Shown here one piece after another: positions 1 to 9,930 of a DNA stretch of 64,000 nt. The notes under the pieces were generated by a model, which was not told the origin of the DNA, searched no databases, and saw only the letters and a program-made list of their open reading frames with translations. Every line of letters starts with the position of its first letter. Within the stretch, counting starts at the first letter, position 1. Origin of the DNA: Pontiella sp. (GTDB lineage: Bacteria; Verrucomicrobiota; Kiritimatiellia; Kiritimatiellales; Pontiellaceae); the NCBI GenBank assembly GCA_050290185.1, contig JBNKHE010000006.1, positions 217,508 to 281,507 on the forward strand, written 5' to 3'. The position numbers were made by a program, and so were the translations under genes.

Positions 1-2
1 GA

Positions 3-581
3 ATGGATTGCGCTCATGACATCTCCGACCTTGAGATCGTAAGATTGATAGATCTGCCCCCAGCCCATCTTGGCAGCACGCATATCAAGAATGCCTTTGC
101 CTGTTTCGGCATCGAACAGAGCCTTTACGATATCCTCGTAAGAGGCCCCTTCGGGGAGCGTAGCTTGCGCCAATCCCAAGGCCAGCACCACGCCACCATA
201 TCCCAATTTCCCGGTCGTGTTTTCGACAACGATCGTTTGGTCCACGAGCTCGGTCTTTTGGACCTGGGTTACGGTTCCATCTTCATTGACGACATCGATC
301 ATAACAGGATTCCCCTCTTCGTCGACGACAGGGGTTTCAACCTGGATCACATAGCTTAACGAATCGCCCATGCGCAATGAATCAACCAGTGTTTTGGTAT
401 TCTCGCCGGCAAAATCCGTGAATTTTGCCTCGATCTTGGCGGGGGCCTTTCCTTCGCTACCGCTGAGGATCGTTTGTTCCGCGTCCTGCTCCATGGCGGC
501 ATCATCTGCATAAATGGCCGGAATAAGCATCGCGAGAGCGGCCACACCTGTCAGTACTCGTGTATATGCCTTCGTAATCAT
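3..581 (-). CDS. Secreted hypothetical protein, runs off the left edge (missing from the ORF track)
   Basis: Manual translation from ATG at 581 with GGAGG RBS: MITKAYTRVLTGVAALAMLIPAIYADDAA...MGWGQIYQSYDLKVGDVMSAIH. Open to the window edge; signal peptide. Confidence 0.8.
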   Translation of the reverse strand, partial: MITKAYTRVLTGVAALAMLIPAIYADDAAMEQDAEQTILSGSEGKAPAKIEAKFTDFAGENTKTLVDSLRMGDSLSYVIQVETPVVDEEGNPVMIDVVNEDGTVTQVQKTELVDQTIVVENTTGKLGYGGVVLALGLAQATLPEGASYEDIVKALFDAETGKGILDMRAAKMGWGQIYQSYDLKVGDVMSAIH

Positions 582-594
582 TACTACCTCCTGA

Positions 595-1443
595 TTAGGG
601 TTTTAAGGTCAATTGAAGACCCCCTCCTATATCGGAGCTACCCCTGCTTAAACCGATATAAATATAGGGTGTTATGCTCAACAACCTGGTTGCTTTATAG
701 TTCAAATAGGAAAAAATATCAAGCGGATCTTCCATGCCACCGATGGAGGCCTGCTGATAGTCCAGAGATGTCCCGATATGAATACTGCGCGATTGTCGCC
801 AATCGGCGCCGACCGAACAAGAGATGGAGTTATTTAAATCAACTCCTGGAGGATCGCCCCTCACTTTATAAGCCAAGGTCGCCATAGGGGTAAGCCGACC
901 CAACGGATACATGTAATCGAACTGCAGCACTTCATCGAATTCCCCAGTGCCCAACCCCTTGTTTTCATCCGCCGTGGGTATTTTCAGCTTTCCAGTAACG
1001 TCGAGAAAGCCGAGTTCGTAAGGAAAGACATCAATCCCGTAGGTCATCGAGACCCATGTATCACCGATCCCGGATTCTCTTTGTGACACCCCCGCCACAC
1101 CGCCATTAACCACCGTTCCGGGCCCATCGATGCTGATCCAGGAAACAGAAATCTGTCCGCTGTAACTGCCCTTTTCGTATCCCAGCCGGTATGGAACATA
1201 CAGGATGGTGGTTTCTTCGTTATCGTTGTACTCACCGGAGCTGTAATCGAATCCGCTCGAATACTTAAACTGGCCATCTTCCGCGGCAACGGATCCACAA
1301 AAAACGACCGGCAAAAGCAAAAACAGCAGCAGGCGAGAACGATAAAAACCGCTCCGGCTTTTTGACCAAAAAGAAACCACAAACCATGTGGTGGTTTTAA
1401 ATATTGTTTTCACCAGGAAAAATATAGGCCGAATCAAGAACAT
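595..1443 (-). CDS. Putative outer-membrane beta-barrel / transporter-like protein
   Basis: 282 aa ORF with signal-like segment, alternating beta-strand pattern, KLKIPTADENKGLGTGEFD motif and C-terminal GGGLQLTL. Confidence 0.65.
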   Translation of the reverse strand: MFLIRPIFFLVKTIFKTTTWFVVSFWSKSRSGFYRSRLLLFLLLPVVFCGSVAAEDGQFKYSSGFDYSSGEYNDNEETTILYVPYRLGYEKGSYSGQISVSWISIDGPGTVVNGGVAGVSQRESGIGDTWVSMTYGIDVFPYELGFLDVTGKLKIPTADENKGLGTGEFDEVLQFDYMYPLGRLTPMATLAYKVRGDPPGVDLNNSISCSVGADWRQSRSIHIGTSLDYQQASIGGMEDPLDIFSYLNYKATRLLSITPYIYIGLSRGSSDIGGGLQLTLKP

Positions 1444-1453
1444 AGTCCGCTCC

Positions 1454-2491
1454 CTATGCAGTTCCGTTCTTCGGGCCGGCGAGCGCCTTGGTGGAAAGCA
1501 GGCCGCAGGCGGCGTAGATATCCTGTCCGCGCGAGGCGCGGATGGTGGTGAGCAGGCCTTTGTTGTTCAGCTCGTCCTTGAACCATTGCAAGGTTTTCTC
1601 GTCGGTTGCCTTCAGCGGGGTGCCGGGCACGGGATGGAAGCGGATGAGGTTAATGCGGCAGCGGATGCCGTTCAACAGGCGGCAAAGTTCCTTGACGTGC
1701 CGGGCCGTATCGTTGAGTCCGTGGAATACGATATATTCGAACGAGACGCGGCGCTGGCCGCCGAAATCCCATTTCCGGATCACGTCGATGACCTCTTCCA
1801 GCGGATAGGCGATCTGCACGGGCATCAGCTGCTGACGCTCCTCATGGAAGGGCGTGTGCATGCTGATGGCCAGGTGCGCTTCGCTTTCGTTGAGGAAGCG
1901 AACCAGCCCCGGCGTGATCCCGATGGAAGAAACGGTGATCCGGCGCGGACTCATGGCGAAGCCCCAGTCGGACGTGAGGATCTCAATGCTTTTGAGCACT
2001 TCGTCAAGATTGTCGAACGGCTCGCCCATGCCCATGTAGACAATGTTGGTGACTTCGTGACGCTCGGGAATGCTGCGGATCTGGTTGACGATGTCGCCGG
2101 CGGAAAGCTGCCCCTGAAAGCCCTGCTTTCCGGTCATGCAAAAGAGGCATCCCATCTTGCATCCGACCTGCGAGGAGACGCAGACGGTCCGGCGCTCCTT
2201 GAAGGGTATCATGGCGGTTTCGATAAAGTTTTCCGTCGCGGTCTCGAAGAGATATTTTTTGGTGCCGTCGACACTCTCCTGCACCTTGGCCGGCGCATGC
2301 AACCCGAAACAGTAGTGTTCCTCCAGCAGATCACGTGCTTTTTTCGACAGGTTGCTCATGTCGGCAATGGCGTCGATATCCTTGTGATACAGCCAATCAG
2401 CGAGTTGCTTGCCGGTAAACTTTGGAAGGCCGAGGCCGACGGCCAGCTCGGTGAGTTCGCTAAGTGTTTTTCCAAATAATGCGGGTTTCAT
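1454..2491 (-). CDS. rlmN: 23S rRNA m2A2503 methyltransferase RlmN (radical SAM)
   Basis: CVSSQVGCKMGCLFC, MGMGEPFDN and DIYAACGLL motifs; start taken at MKPALFGK. Confidence 0.95.
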   Translation of the reverse strand: MKPALFGKTLSELTELAVGLGLPKFTGKQLADWLYHKDIDAIADMSNLSKKARDLLEEHYCFGLHAPAKVQESVDGTKKYLFETATENFIETAMIPFKERRTVCVSSQVGCKMGCLFCMTGKQGFQGQLSAGDIVNQIRSIPERHEVTNIVYMGMGEPFDNLDEVLKSIEILTSDWGFAMSPRRITVSSIGITPGLVRFLNESEAHLAISMHTPFHEERQQLMPVQIAYPLEEVIDVIRKWDFGGQRRVSFEYIVFHGLNDTARHVKELCRLLNGIRCRINLIRFHPVPGTPLKATDEKTLQWFKDELNNKGLLTTIRASRGQDIYAACGLLSTKALAGPKNGTA

Positions 2492-2528
2492 GACGTTGAC
2501 CTTGCGATGGTGCAGCGGCGGAATCGAG

Positions 2529-3164
2529 TTAAAAATAGATTTCGACAACAATGTTCGTGAAGGGAATCCCCTTGGAAATCAACAGGTCGCGCACCTCGAC
2601 GCACATGGTCGCCTGCCCGCAGATATAGTATTTCCGGTCCTTCGGCAGTTCGTGCAGTTCGAGGTACTGGTTGATGCGCCCGCGGGGAATGCCGTCGACG
2701 TCCTCTCCGGAGCAAAAGCGGTGATACTCTTCGCCCAGTGCGGCTTTCCACTCCTCGCTAAAATAGAATTGATTCGCATGTCGGACGCCGTGGAGCAGAA
2801 TCTGGTTTTCGCCCATTCCGGAGCGAAGCATGCTGTAGAACGGCGCGATGCCGGTGCCGGTGGCAATCCAGACGGCGGGATCGGATGTCCCGATAAAACT
2901 GCCTCCCGGCTCGGAAACCCACACCTCGTCACCCGGCTTGAGTTGGGCGAGCCGTGGCGTCAGCGCCCCGTTCTCCTTGATATTGAAGAGGATCCGAAGC
3001 TCGTTTTCCTTGTTTCCGCTGCAAATACTGTAAATGCGCGGCGGCAAATCGTCGCCCAACCCGACCTTGACGGTCTGGCCGGGATTGAAGTCGTGCCGTC
3101 GTTCGACCGCCAGCCAAAAAACACCGGGTGCGATTTCATCGTTTCGTAGAATGATCTGCTTCAT
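2529..3164 (-). CDS. FAD/NAD(P)-binding oxidoreductase, ferredoxin-NADP reductase-like
   Basis: RIYSICS, IATGTGIAPF and YYICG motifs; C-terminal aromatic EIYF. Confidence 0.9.
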   Translation of the reverse strand: MKQIILRNDEIAPGVFWLAVERRHDFNPGQTVKVGLGDDLPPRIYSICSGNKENELRILFNIKENGALTPRLAQLKPGDEVWVSEPGGSFIGTSDPAVWIATGTGIAPFYSMLRSGMGENQILLHGVRHANQFYFSEEWKAALGEEYHRFCSGEDVDGIPRGRINQYLELHELPKDRKYYICGQATMCVEVRDLLISKGIPFTNIVVEIYF

Positions 3165-3295
3165 GAATTTATCGATATTCGTTCAGGGATTCGAAGGGGC
3201 AGACCATCGGGGTTTCGTCCCGTCCCCGTCAACCCCATTAGACCTGAAAAGGCCAACGGAAGATTTTACCTGACCGGTGGTATGGCGGTTTCATT

Positions 3296-4300
3296 CTATC
3301 TGCTCGCGGCAACGTCCACCAGCACCCGCCGCGTCAACTGCGCCTTGAGCATTCCCGCAATCTTCTCTTCCAGACCATTGAGCCCAACCTCATCGACCAT
3401 TTCCTCCAGCCGGTCCGGCTTCCAGGCATTGGCCATTCGCTGCCAGGCCGCGGTCCGCCTGGTCATCGCGCATTCCGCCGAATCGATCCCGATCAGGCGT
3501 ACGCCACGCAGAATGAAGGGAAATACATTGACCGGCAGGTCCGATGAACCCACCAATCCGCAGCAGGTCACGACCCCGCCGTAATTCGTTGCCTTGATAG
3601 CTGCGGCGAGGGTTTCGCCGCCTACACAGTCGACCACGCCGGTCCAGCGCGGTTTCATCATTGGCCGTTCGCTTCCTTCGAGTACGCTGGCCCGCTCGAT
3701 TACCTCAGTGGCGCCGAGCCCTTTCAGGTAATCGGTTTCCGAAAGCTTGCCCGTCGCAGCCGTCACCTGAAAGCCGGCCTTTGCCAGCATGGCCACCGCC
3801 AGACTTCCGACGCCGCCGGTCGCACCGGTGACCAGCACCGGCCCCTGCTCCGGGGTCAGACCGCTTTCAACCAGTTCCTGAACCGACAGCGCCGCGGTCA
3901 GGCCGGCGGTGCCCAGCATCATACTCTCCTTGATGCTCAAGCCTTCCGGCAAGGGGACGGCCCAAGCAGACGGAACCCGGATCATCTGCCCAAACCCCCC
4001 ATCGGTCTCCATTCCCAGATCATAGCTGGTAACAATCACCTTGTCTCCGGGCTGAAAGCGGTCGTCTTCGCACGAGACCACCACACCTGCGGCATCGATC
4101 CCCGGCGTATGGGGAAAATTGCGGGTCACCCCCGGATTTCCGGTGGCGGACAGGGCATCCTTGAAGTTCAGCGATGAATAATGAACCTCAACCAGCAACT
4201 CGCCCGCGGGCAGTTCTTCCACGGTACGCGTAACGATTTCCCGGGTATACGTCTTCTTATCAACCTGCTTGACCTGCAGGGCCTTGAAATTCTGATTCAT
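3296..4300 (-). CDS. YhdH/AcuI-family MDR oxidoreductase (acryloyl-CoA reductase-like)
   Basis: YSSLNFKDAL, PGIDAAG, GTAGLTAAL, VTGATGGVGS and PFILRGVRLIGIDS motifs. Confidence 0.9.
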   Translation of the reverse strand: MNQNFKALQVKQVDKKTYTREIVTRTVEELPAGELLVEVHYSSLNFKDALSATGNPGVTRNFPHTPGIDAAGVVVSCEDDRFQPGDKVIVTSYDLGMETDGGFGQMIRVPSAWAVPLPEGLSIKESMMLGTAGLTAALSVQELVESGLTPEQGPVLVTGATGGVGSLAVAMLAKAGFQVTAATGKLSETDYLKGLGATEVIERASVLEGSERPMMKPRWTGVVDCVGGETLAAAIKATNYGGVVTCCGLVGSSDLPVNVFPFILRGVRLIGIDSAECAMTRRTAAWQRMANAWKPDRLEEMVDEVGLNGLEEKIAGMLKAQLTRRVLVDVAASR

Positions 4301-4352
4301 ATCATCCCCTTTCCTTAGGATTTTCCATCGTAGCGTAAGCGGGGTATTATGT

Positions 4353-4373
4353 CTACGCAGCCGCGATGTTGAC
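4353..4373 (-). repeat. leuS 3'-tail copy 6 (short, degenerate)
   Basis: GTC AAC ATC GCG GCT GCG TAG = VNIAAA* versus leuS VNIAVS*; intergenic, same strand as leuS. Confidence 0.5.
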
Positions 4374-4386
4374 TCGTGTTGCAGCC

Positions 4387-6384
4387 TCAGTCAACCCAGG
4401 GACGGGCCTGTTTAAAGACGAGGGTACCATCGGCCAAAAACTTGAATTCCACCTCCATCGCAAAATCAGGCCGGCCTTCGGCACCGTATGCCCGCTGGAA
4501 ATGATCGTGCACCCGCTCCAACTCATCAGCCAGCTGAACCGCCTGGGTCTGCGACAGCACATGACTGCCTTTTGGTATCAGATTGGAATGGCGAATATAC
4601 TGGATCTCGTATTCGCTCTGACCGCTAAGTTCGGAAATCAGGAATTCATCCGGAACAACCCCATCATCCGGATTGGTCACCAGCGATTCGCCCACCTGTA
4701 CGTTGACATAGTATCCCCGCCAGTCGGAATCATACAGGTTCCGGGTTACGGCCACCCCGTTGGCCGATTCGTCGCGATAGCTTGGATGGCACAGGACCCC
4801 CATGGCGGAGCGGAGGTGATCAATCCGGTAGAATTCGCGCTCCTCAAACGCCCGGAAACTCCAATTCCCGGCCCAGATCTGCTTGATCGTATGGCTCAGA
4901 TGCCCTTCATCGGGCTTGTGCGTTTTTGAATCATAGAGCCCGGCCCCGCTGAAGCCCTCAAGATCTTCCACATTCGCACTCGAGCGGCATCGGATCCGCG
5001 TATCCGGCGCAAACCGATGTTGCAGCGCCCCCAGTGCTTCCATCATGTCGGGCGGCAGGGTTCCGGCCCGGATCTGTCTGCGAAACTTTTTCAGGGCATC
5101 TTCCCGCACCACCTCATTGGTCTTGAAAGCCGGATCGGCCATCATGGTTTCAGCCACGGCATAGAATCCGTTGGACTGCATGAAACGGTCGTACATCGAA
5201 AACGGCACCGCATAGCCCTCCGGCGCCATGCCACCGGGCATGATATGCCGAAGCTCGGCGACATTGGCCGACTTGGAACCATAGGCATCGTAGGCCGACC
5301 GCCCGATATCAGCCAGGGCCGCAATCGCCGATACGGAAAGATTGCGCACAGGGACCTGCGGTTTGGCGGGCCGGATCGATGCCTGGAACGTATCAACCTC
5401 CACCTGAGATGCGGGCTTAATGGTATAGCCATCGGGCGTGAGTTCAAAACGCACATTCCGCCCGATCAGCGGCTGGATCTCCGGCCGGGTGGAGGCATTC
5501 CGGATATACGCATTGGGAATACCGTCCTGCCGGGCCTTCAGGTTGACGTGGGAGAGCGGCGTCTGCGGATCTTCCGTAATGAGACCGGCAACACAGGCAA
5601 GATCATTTGGCACCGACCGGAAAATCACGATATCGCGCGGCGTCAAGCGGATCCCCGGTTCTGCCACCATCAATCGACCATAGGCACAACCTAAATGGAG
5701 AGGACATTCCTGCCGGCTCCCCAAAAGCTGATCCGTCGAGATGGTCCGCACGCAAGAGTTGCTGTAAGCCGCCCGTTCCTCCTCGAGCAGGATTCGTTGC
5801 GTCTCCCCGCTGGGATGATACAACAGGCGATCCCCGGCAAACGGCATGGCTTCGGCAATGAGTCTGTAAGCGGTTTCCACGAACGGAAAACCCACGGGAT
5901 CGGAAGGCCAGAACTCGAGGGTGTAGACGCCGGCCGTCTCCCGGTCGTCTGTCGGAACCGAAACGCGGTCATGCGCAATGATGCTTCCCGCCAGATTTTT
6001 CCGGTTCCGGTCCCGAAAGTAGGTGACGGCTTCAAATGCATCGCTTCCGTCGCTGTATCCAAGAATCTCGCGGGCGAAGCAGTAATGATACACATGCTTT
6101 TTCGAATTCATGAAATAGAGCCTGGGCCGATCCGAACCAGCATCCATGATGACAAACTTGAGTTCAAACACCCCGTAGGCGCCCGGAACATCATCGCGAC
6201 TGGCCAGCATCTCAAAACTCAGCCGGTCCGGGACCTCCAGCGCCCCGTCCGACGGAAGCAATGGCTTTCCGTTAATCAGCGGGCGTGACGACGCCTGCGG
6301 GACCGGATCAGCGTCCGCAGCCCGCGCGGTGATTGAAGCCAGCACACAGCAAAGAATCAACCACGCTGTTTTCAGTTTTGGCAT
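4387..6384 (-). CDS. Secreted PEP/pyruvate-binding (PPDK N-terminal ATP-grasp) domain protein
   Basis: Signal peptide; YGSKSANV, RCRSSANVEDLEGFSGAGLYDS and EVEFK...KQARP motifs. Confidence 0.85.
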   Translation of the reverse strand: MPKLKTAWLILCCVLASITARAADADPVPQASSRPLINGKPLLPSDGALEVPDRLSFEMLASRDDVPGAYGVFELKFVIMDAGSDRPRLYFMNSKKHVYHYCFAREILGYSDGSDAFEAVTYFRDRNRKNLAGSIIAHDRVSVPTDDRETAGVYTLEFWPSDPVGFPFVETAYRLIAEAMPFAGDRLLYHPSGETQRILLEEERAAYSNSCVRTISTDQLLGSRQECPLHLGCAYGRLMVAEPGIRLTPRDIVIFRSVPNDLACVAGLITEDPQTPLSHVNLKARQDGIPNAYIRNASTRPEIQPLIGRNVRFELTPDGYTIKPASQVEVDTFQASIRPAKPQVPVRNLSVSAIAALADIGRSAYDAYGSKSANVAELRHIMPGGMAPEGYAVPFSMYDRFMQSNGFYAVAETMMADPAFKTNEVVREDALKKFRRQIRAGTLPPDMMEALGALQHRFAPDTRIRCRSSANVEDLEGFSGAGLYDSKTHKPDEGHLSHTIKQIWAGNWSFRAFEEREFYRIDHLRSAMGVLCHPSYRDESANGVAVTRNLYDSDWRGYYVNVQVGESLVTNPDDGVVPDEFLISELSGQSEYEIQYIRHSNLIPKGSHVLSQTQAVQLADELERVHDHFQRAYGAEGRPDFAMEVEFKFLADGTLVFKQARPWVD

Positions 6385-6421
6385 TCAGTACCCTTGTCCT
6401 CTTTATCGACACCCCGGCCAA

Positions 6422-7684
6422 TCATTCCTGCGCGTTGGAGTCAACAAACCAACCGCTGTAGTTGACGTCATGGCGATCCGCGATTGCCCTCATGTATTTC
6501 GAGTTCTTGAAGACAGCATTCAGATTGGAAAGCGTTACCTTGCCGCGCAGCACAAGCAGGTAGTATCGGCTTCCATCCCGAGCCTTTTCCTCGGATATCT
6601 CGCCAACCTTGAAGGCCGTTTCCCCTATTTTTGAAACCAGGGCCTCCAGCGGTGGCTTTTCATCCGACCACAAGTAATACGAAACCACCTGCTCGCGGCA
6701 AATATCCGTTCCGCGGGAGCGAACGGTTGCGAGGGTTTCCAAATCCTCCGACTCATGCTGGGCAGCCCAAAAGCGGTCATAGGTTTGCTGTAGCTGTTCC
6801 TGTGTGACCTGAACGGTTTCCGCGCCGGCGCAATTCGCGATCTGTTCCGCCAAAAACTCATTCAAAGGATACAACGCATCAAAGTGCGAGGCGCCTTTAA
6901 TAGCAAAGCAGTGTAGTTTTGGATTCTTGTTCGCCGCCGCCATCTGTTCCAACTGCCCGATGTTCCCGCCGCTTCCTTCGATCAGATAGGTGGGCGATGA
7001 AATCGCGTTGATATAGACGGCCGGAGACCGAAGCGCATCCTCCTTCTTGTTCGCCGGATCATAGTTCACCGAATCCGGCCCATAGGCCGACGGCGCCGAT
7101 ACGGCACCAAATGCAAATACGGCCTTGAACTCCTTCGTGGCCTCGGCCGTCAGCAGCGCCAACGTTCCGCCTGTGCTGTGGCCGCCCAGATAAATCTGCT
7201 TTGGGTCGACATAAGGTACTTTTTGAAGATATTTCAGTGCAGCCAAAACATCGTCTACTTCCCCCAGAAACGATTCCTGTTTCCCCGGATTTCCGCAGCT
7301 TCCCCGGAAGCTGGGATACATCATCACCACGCCGGCTTCATGATATGCCAGCGCGGATTGATCATTGTCATAGGAGGAGGGCTCCCAGATCCATTCGCCT
7401 ATACCACCCGGAGGGAAACCGCCCGTTATCCAGATGATCGCCGGATATTTTTTATTCACGTTCTCGGGCCTACTTAGATAGGCCTGCATATCACCGATCG
7501 CTGTTGGATACTTTACGATGGAAAACGCACTATCCGGCGGCTTGGCCAAGGCGCTCTTGTCGCTGATTGTGCGAACCAGCTCCGTCTTAAAGCCCTTGCG
7601 CGCCTCAAGAAGCGCAGTTTCTGCAGTTCCGCCATATACCAGGGAGAAGAAGAATGTGAACGTTGCGATCAGTTTGAATTTCAT
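6422..7684 (-). CDS. Secreted alpha/beta hydrolase (S9 peptidase-like) with small C-terminal RraB/DUF695-like domain
   Basis: GGHSTGG nucleophile motif and GASHF His motif; C-terminal YSGW. Confidence 0.85.
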   Translation of the reverse strand: MKFKLIATFTFFFSLVYGGTAETALLEARKGFKTELVRTISDKSALAKPPDSAFSIVKYPTAIGDMQAYLSRPENVNKKYPAIIWITGGFPPGGIGEWIWEPSSYDNDQSALAYHEAGVVMMYPSFRGSCGNPGKQESFLGEVDDVLAALKYLQKVPYVDPKQIYLGGHSTGGTLALLTAEATKEFKAVFAFGAVSAPSAYGPDSVNYDPANKKEDALRSPAVYINAISSPTYLIEGSGGNIGQLEQMAAANKNPKLHCFAIKGASHFDALYPLNEFLAEQIANCAGAETVQVTQEQLQQTYDRFWAAQHESEDLETLATVRSRGTDICREQVVSYYLWSDEKPPLEALVSKIGETAFKVGEISEEKARDGSRYYLLVLRGKVTLSNLNAVFKNSKYMRAIADRHDVNYSGWFVDSNAQE

Positions 7685-7813
7685 GGTTCTCCTTTTATAT
7701 AATATCGCGTACAGGACGCATGCATATGCGATCCGTTAGCCCGTTGTACCATTCATGGATTCGTGACAAAATACGAAACGTTTAAGATCAACATCAAGGG
7801 ATGGAGCGGAAGG

Positions 7814-7879
7814 CGATGAAACTGCAATGTTCACCAAACACCCCGAAACCACAATCACCTTGCGGATGATTTTTCCATC
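7814..7879 (-). repeat. leuS 3'-tail copy 5
   Basis: Translates DGKIIRKVIVVSGCLVNIAVSS (stop decayed to TCG) versus leu[22 protein letters not shown]. Confidence 0.9.
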
Positions 7880-8440
7880 GGGAAAACCGTACCTTTTGGC
7901 GGGTTTGACGGCAGCTTCACTTTTGTCGTTGGAGGCTCAGGCAGGACTCATTGATGCTGCGGCCAACTAATGTGATTTTTGCCACGAAAAGGCACAAGGA
8001 TTCACAAAAAGAAAGCACGCAGTTTTGTACTCCCCGTTAGCTTTGCATTTTCCTGCCAGCTTATCTTTACCAAAAGATGCACAAGAGACTCATAACCATG
8101 AGAAGCATAAAGGATTCAATGCGTTCCTTTTTGCGTATTGGAAGCGTTCACTACGTTCCTTATCTGCTTCGCAGATTATCGGCGCGTTGTTTCGCGAGGG
8201 TTAAAATCCATTGGGTTTGGACTTTGCCGCGCCAGGTCGTTTGTGACTATTCGCTCGTAACTTTTCATTCACAATATTTAATCGCCGGAGCAATAGTTAC
8301 TGACCCAATCCGCATCGCACATCAACCCATTCAACTTCCCGTCTAATCTCACAACAAAATATTGAGCTTTCATTTTGAATATATAATTATGCTCTCTTAA
8401 ACACATCTCATGTGTATTAAATCATAGAAAGGTTGTTTCC

Positions 8441-8977
8441 ATGAAAATCGCTCGTCTCATCAAGTTTAGTCTCATGTCCGTTGCGACCATCACCCTCCTT
8501 ACCGGATGCGGTACAATTTCCGGCATTAACGCTTCTAAAGGACAAACTATAAGGAATGCATCCAAGTACGATCAGATTGCCGTAATGGATTTCTCCAATA
8601 AAACAGCGAAGAAAAACGCAGGCGTCATTTTTGCCGATCGTATTGCTGACAAACTGGAAGCTAAAGGCGGATTTAAAAACGTTACGCGTAATAAGCCGGA
8701 GGGTAATGCGCTGGTCATATCCGGCACGATCACGCGTTGTGAAGATGGTAATGCAACTGCACGTATGTGGATTGGATTGGGCGCGGGAAGCTCATACTTT
8801 GACGCCGATGTAAAGTTTAGCGGGAATTTGGAATCCAGTGAATGGGGCACCATAACGGTTGATAAAAACAGCTGGGTGCTGGGTGGTGCAGTGGCGGCAT
8901 CTCAGGATGTAGATTATTTCATGAATGAAGCTGCAGATAAAATATGCGAAGAGCTTGAGAAGACAACCACATTATAA
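8441..8977 (+). CDS. Lipoprotein, DUF4410-like
   Basis: Lipobox LLTGC; GNATARMWIGLGAGSS motif. Confidence 0.8.
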   Translation: MKIARLIKFSLMSVATITLLTGCGTISGINASKGQTIRNASKYDQIAVMDFSNKTAKKNAGVIFADRIADKLEAKGGFKNVTRNKPEGNALVISGTITRCEDGNATARMWIGLGAGSSYFDADVKFSGNLESSEWGTITVDKNSWVLGGAVAASQDVDYFMNEAADKICEELEKTTTL

Positions 8978-9009
8978 TCACGCTGACCACAAGATCGGAA
9001 ACAACAAAC

Positions 9010-9669
9010 ATGAAGAAGAAACAACTACTCATCCTCCCGCTCTTAGCCCTTGTATTTCTTGAAACAGGTTGTACGTCCTATAGCTTCCGAGGCGCTCATG
9101 CCACACCCGCCCCGACAAATCCCGTTAGTCTGGATAAAAAATACAAACTGACAAGCTACAACAATAGTTTCAAGGCATCTGCAACTCCCTGGTCCATAAC
9201 CGGCTACGGAGCAATCAAGCTCTCCAAAAGAGATATTGAAAGACAACTCGTCGATCAATATCCCAATTACTTCACCCGCGATGAACAGGGGATTCCAATC
9301 AAAGTATCTGTTGATCTCGAAAACACGAAGCGACACATGTGGGGCCTCGTGCCCTATTTGGCAACCCTCGGAATCTATCCCGCGAGGATTATAAATTTTG
9401 AGGACGACTGCGCGGTTACCGTCAGCGTTCTCAACGCAAAAAAAACGGGAAATGTACGTTTCCGAAGCAACTCATGGCTCAGTGTCTGGACACCGTTCGG
9501 TTTAACAAGAAAAGATAAACCGGATAACTTTACAGGCGAACACCGACACGGCAGTGGTGTTATGATCGCGCCACACCTAAGCTCCAAATGCGCAACCGAC
9601 CAGAAGGAAACCTATTTGGTCGAAGTATGCGATGAAGTGGCCGCAATAATTATGTCTTGGCCCAACTGA
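9010..9669 (+). CDS. Hypothetical lipoprotein
   Basis: Lipobox-like ETGC; 219 aa, follows the previous lipoprotein. Confidence 0.75.
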   Translation: MKKKQLLILPLLALVFLETGCTSYSFRGAHATPAPTNPVSLDKKYKLTSYNNSFKASATPWSITGYGAIKLSKRDIERQLVDQYPNYFTRDEQGIPIKVSVDLENTKRHMWGLVPYLATLGIYPARIINFEDDCAVTVSVLNAKKTGNVRFRSNSWLSVWTPFGLTRKDKPDNFTGEHRHGSGVMIAPHLSSKCATDQKETYLVEVCDEVAAIIMSWPN

Positions 9670-9699
9670 CCGTCGACACTCGCTGGTTAAGACGGAAAG

Positions 9700-9731
9700 A
9701 ATGACTGGGTTTCATATTCCAGTCATTTTTT
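9700..9731. terminator. Hairpin terminator between lipoprotein gene and leuS-tail copy 4
   Basis: AATGACTGG...CCAGTCATT stem followed by a T-run. Confidence 0.7.
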
Positions 9732-9734
9732 GCG

Positions 9735-9800
9735 TTACGAAACCGCGATGTTCACAAGCCGGCCGGAAACGACGATGACTTTGCGAATGGTTTTTTCTTC
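9735..9800 (-). repeat. leuS 3'-tail copy 4
   Basis: Translates [21 protein letters not shown] (TAA). Confidence 0.95.
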
Positions 9801-9847
9801 CGAATGAGGCCTCGTTGCCGAGTCCAACCCGGCTCATGGGGCGAGCC
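9801..9847. repeat. Conserved cassette-end motif (copy B) with hairpin
   Basis: CGAATGAGGCCTCGTTGCCGAGTCCAACCCGGCTCATGGGGCGAGCC, about 80% identical to 15664-15709. Confidence 0.85.
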
Positions 9848-9930
9848 CCTATTGGACTTTACCGGAGACCATGTTGCACGAAAACAGCGTTGAGTTAGCC
9901 CCCGCTGTGGATTCTAATGGGTGAAACATT

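Noticed and set aside
1388..2479. Long plus-strand ORF (also 17105..18013, 18503..19696, 39395..40504, 49343..50323, 51440..52441)
   Set aside because: These are antisense shadows of well-supported genes, expected from GC-rich codon bias.
3262..3285. Possible seventh leuS-tail copy (GKIFR on the minus strand); also DGKS at 4319-4330
   Set aside because: Only 3-4 codons of similarity, compatible with chance.
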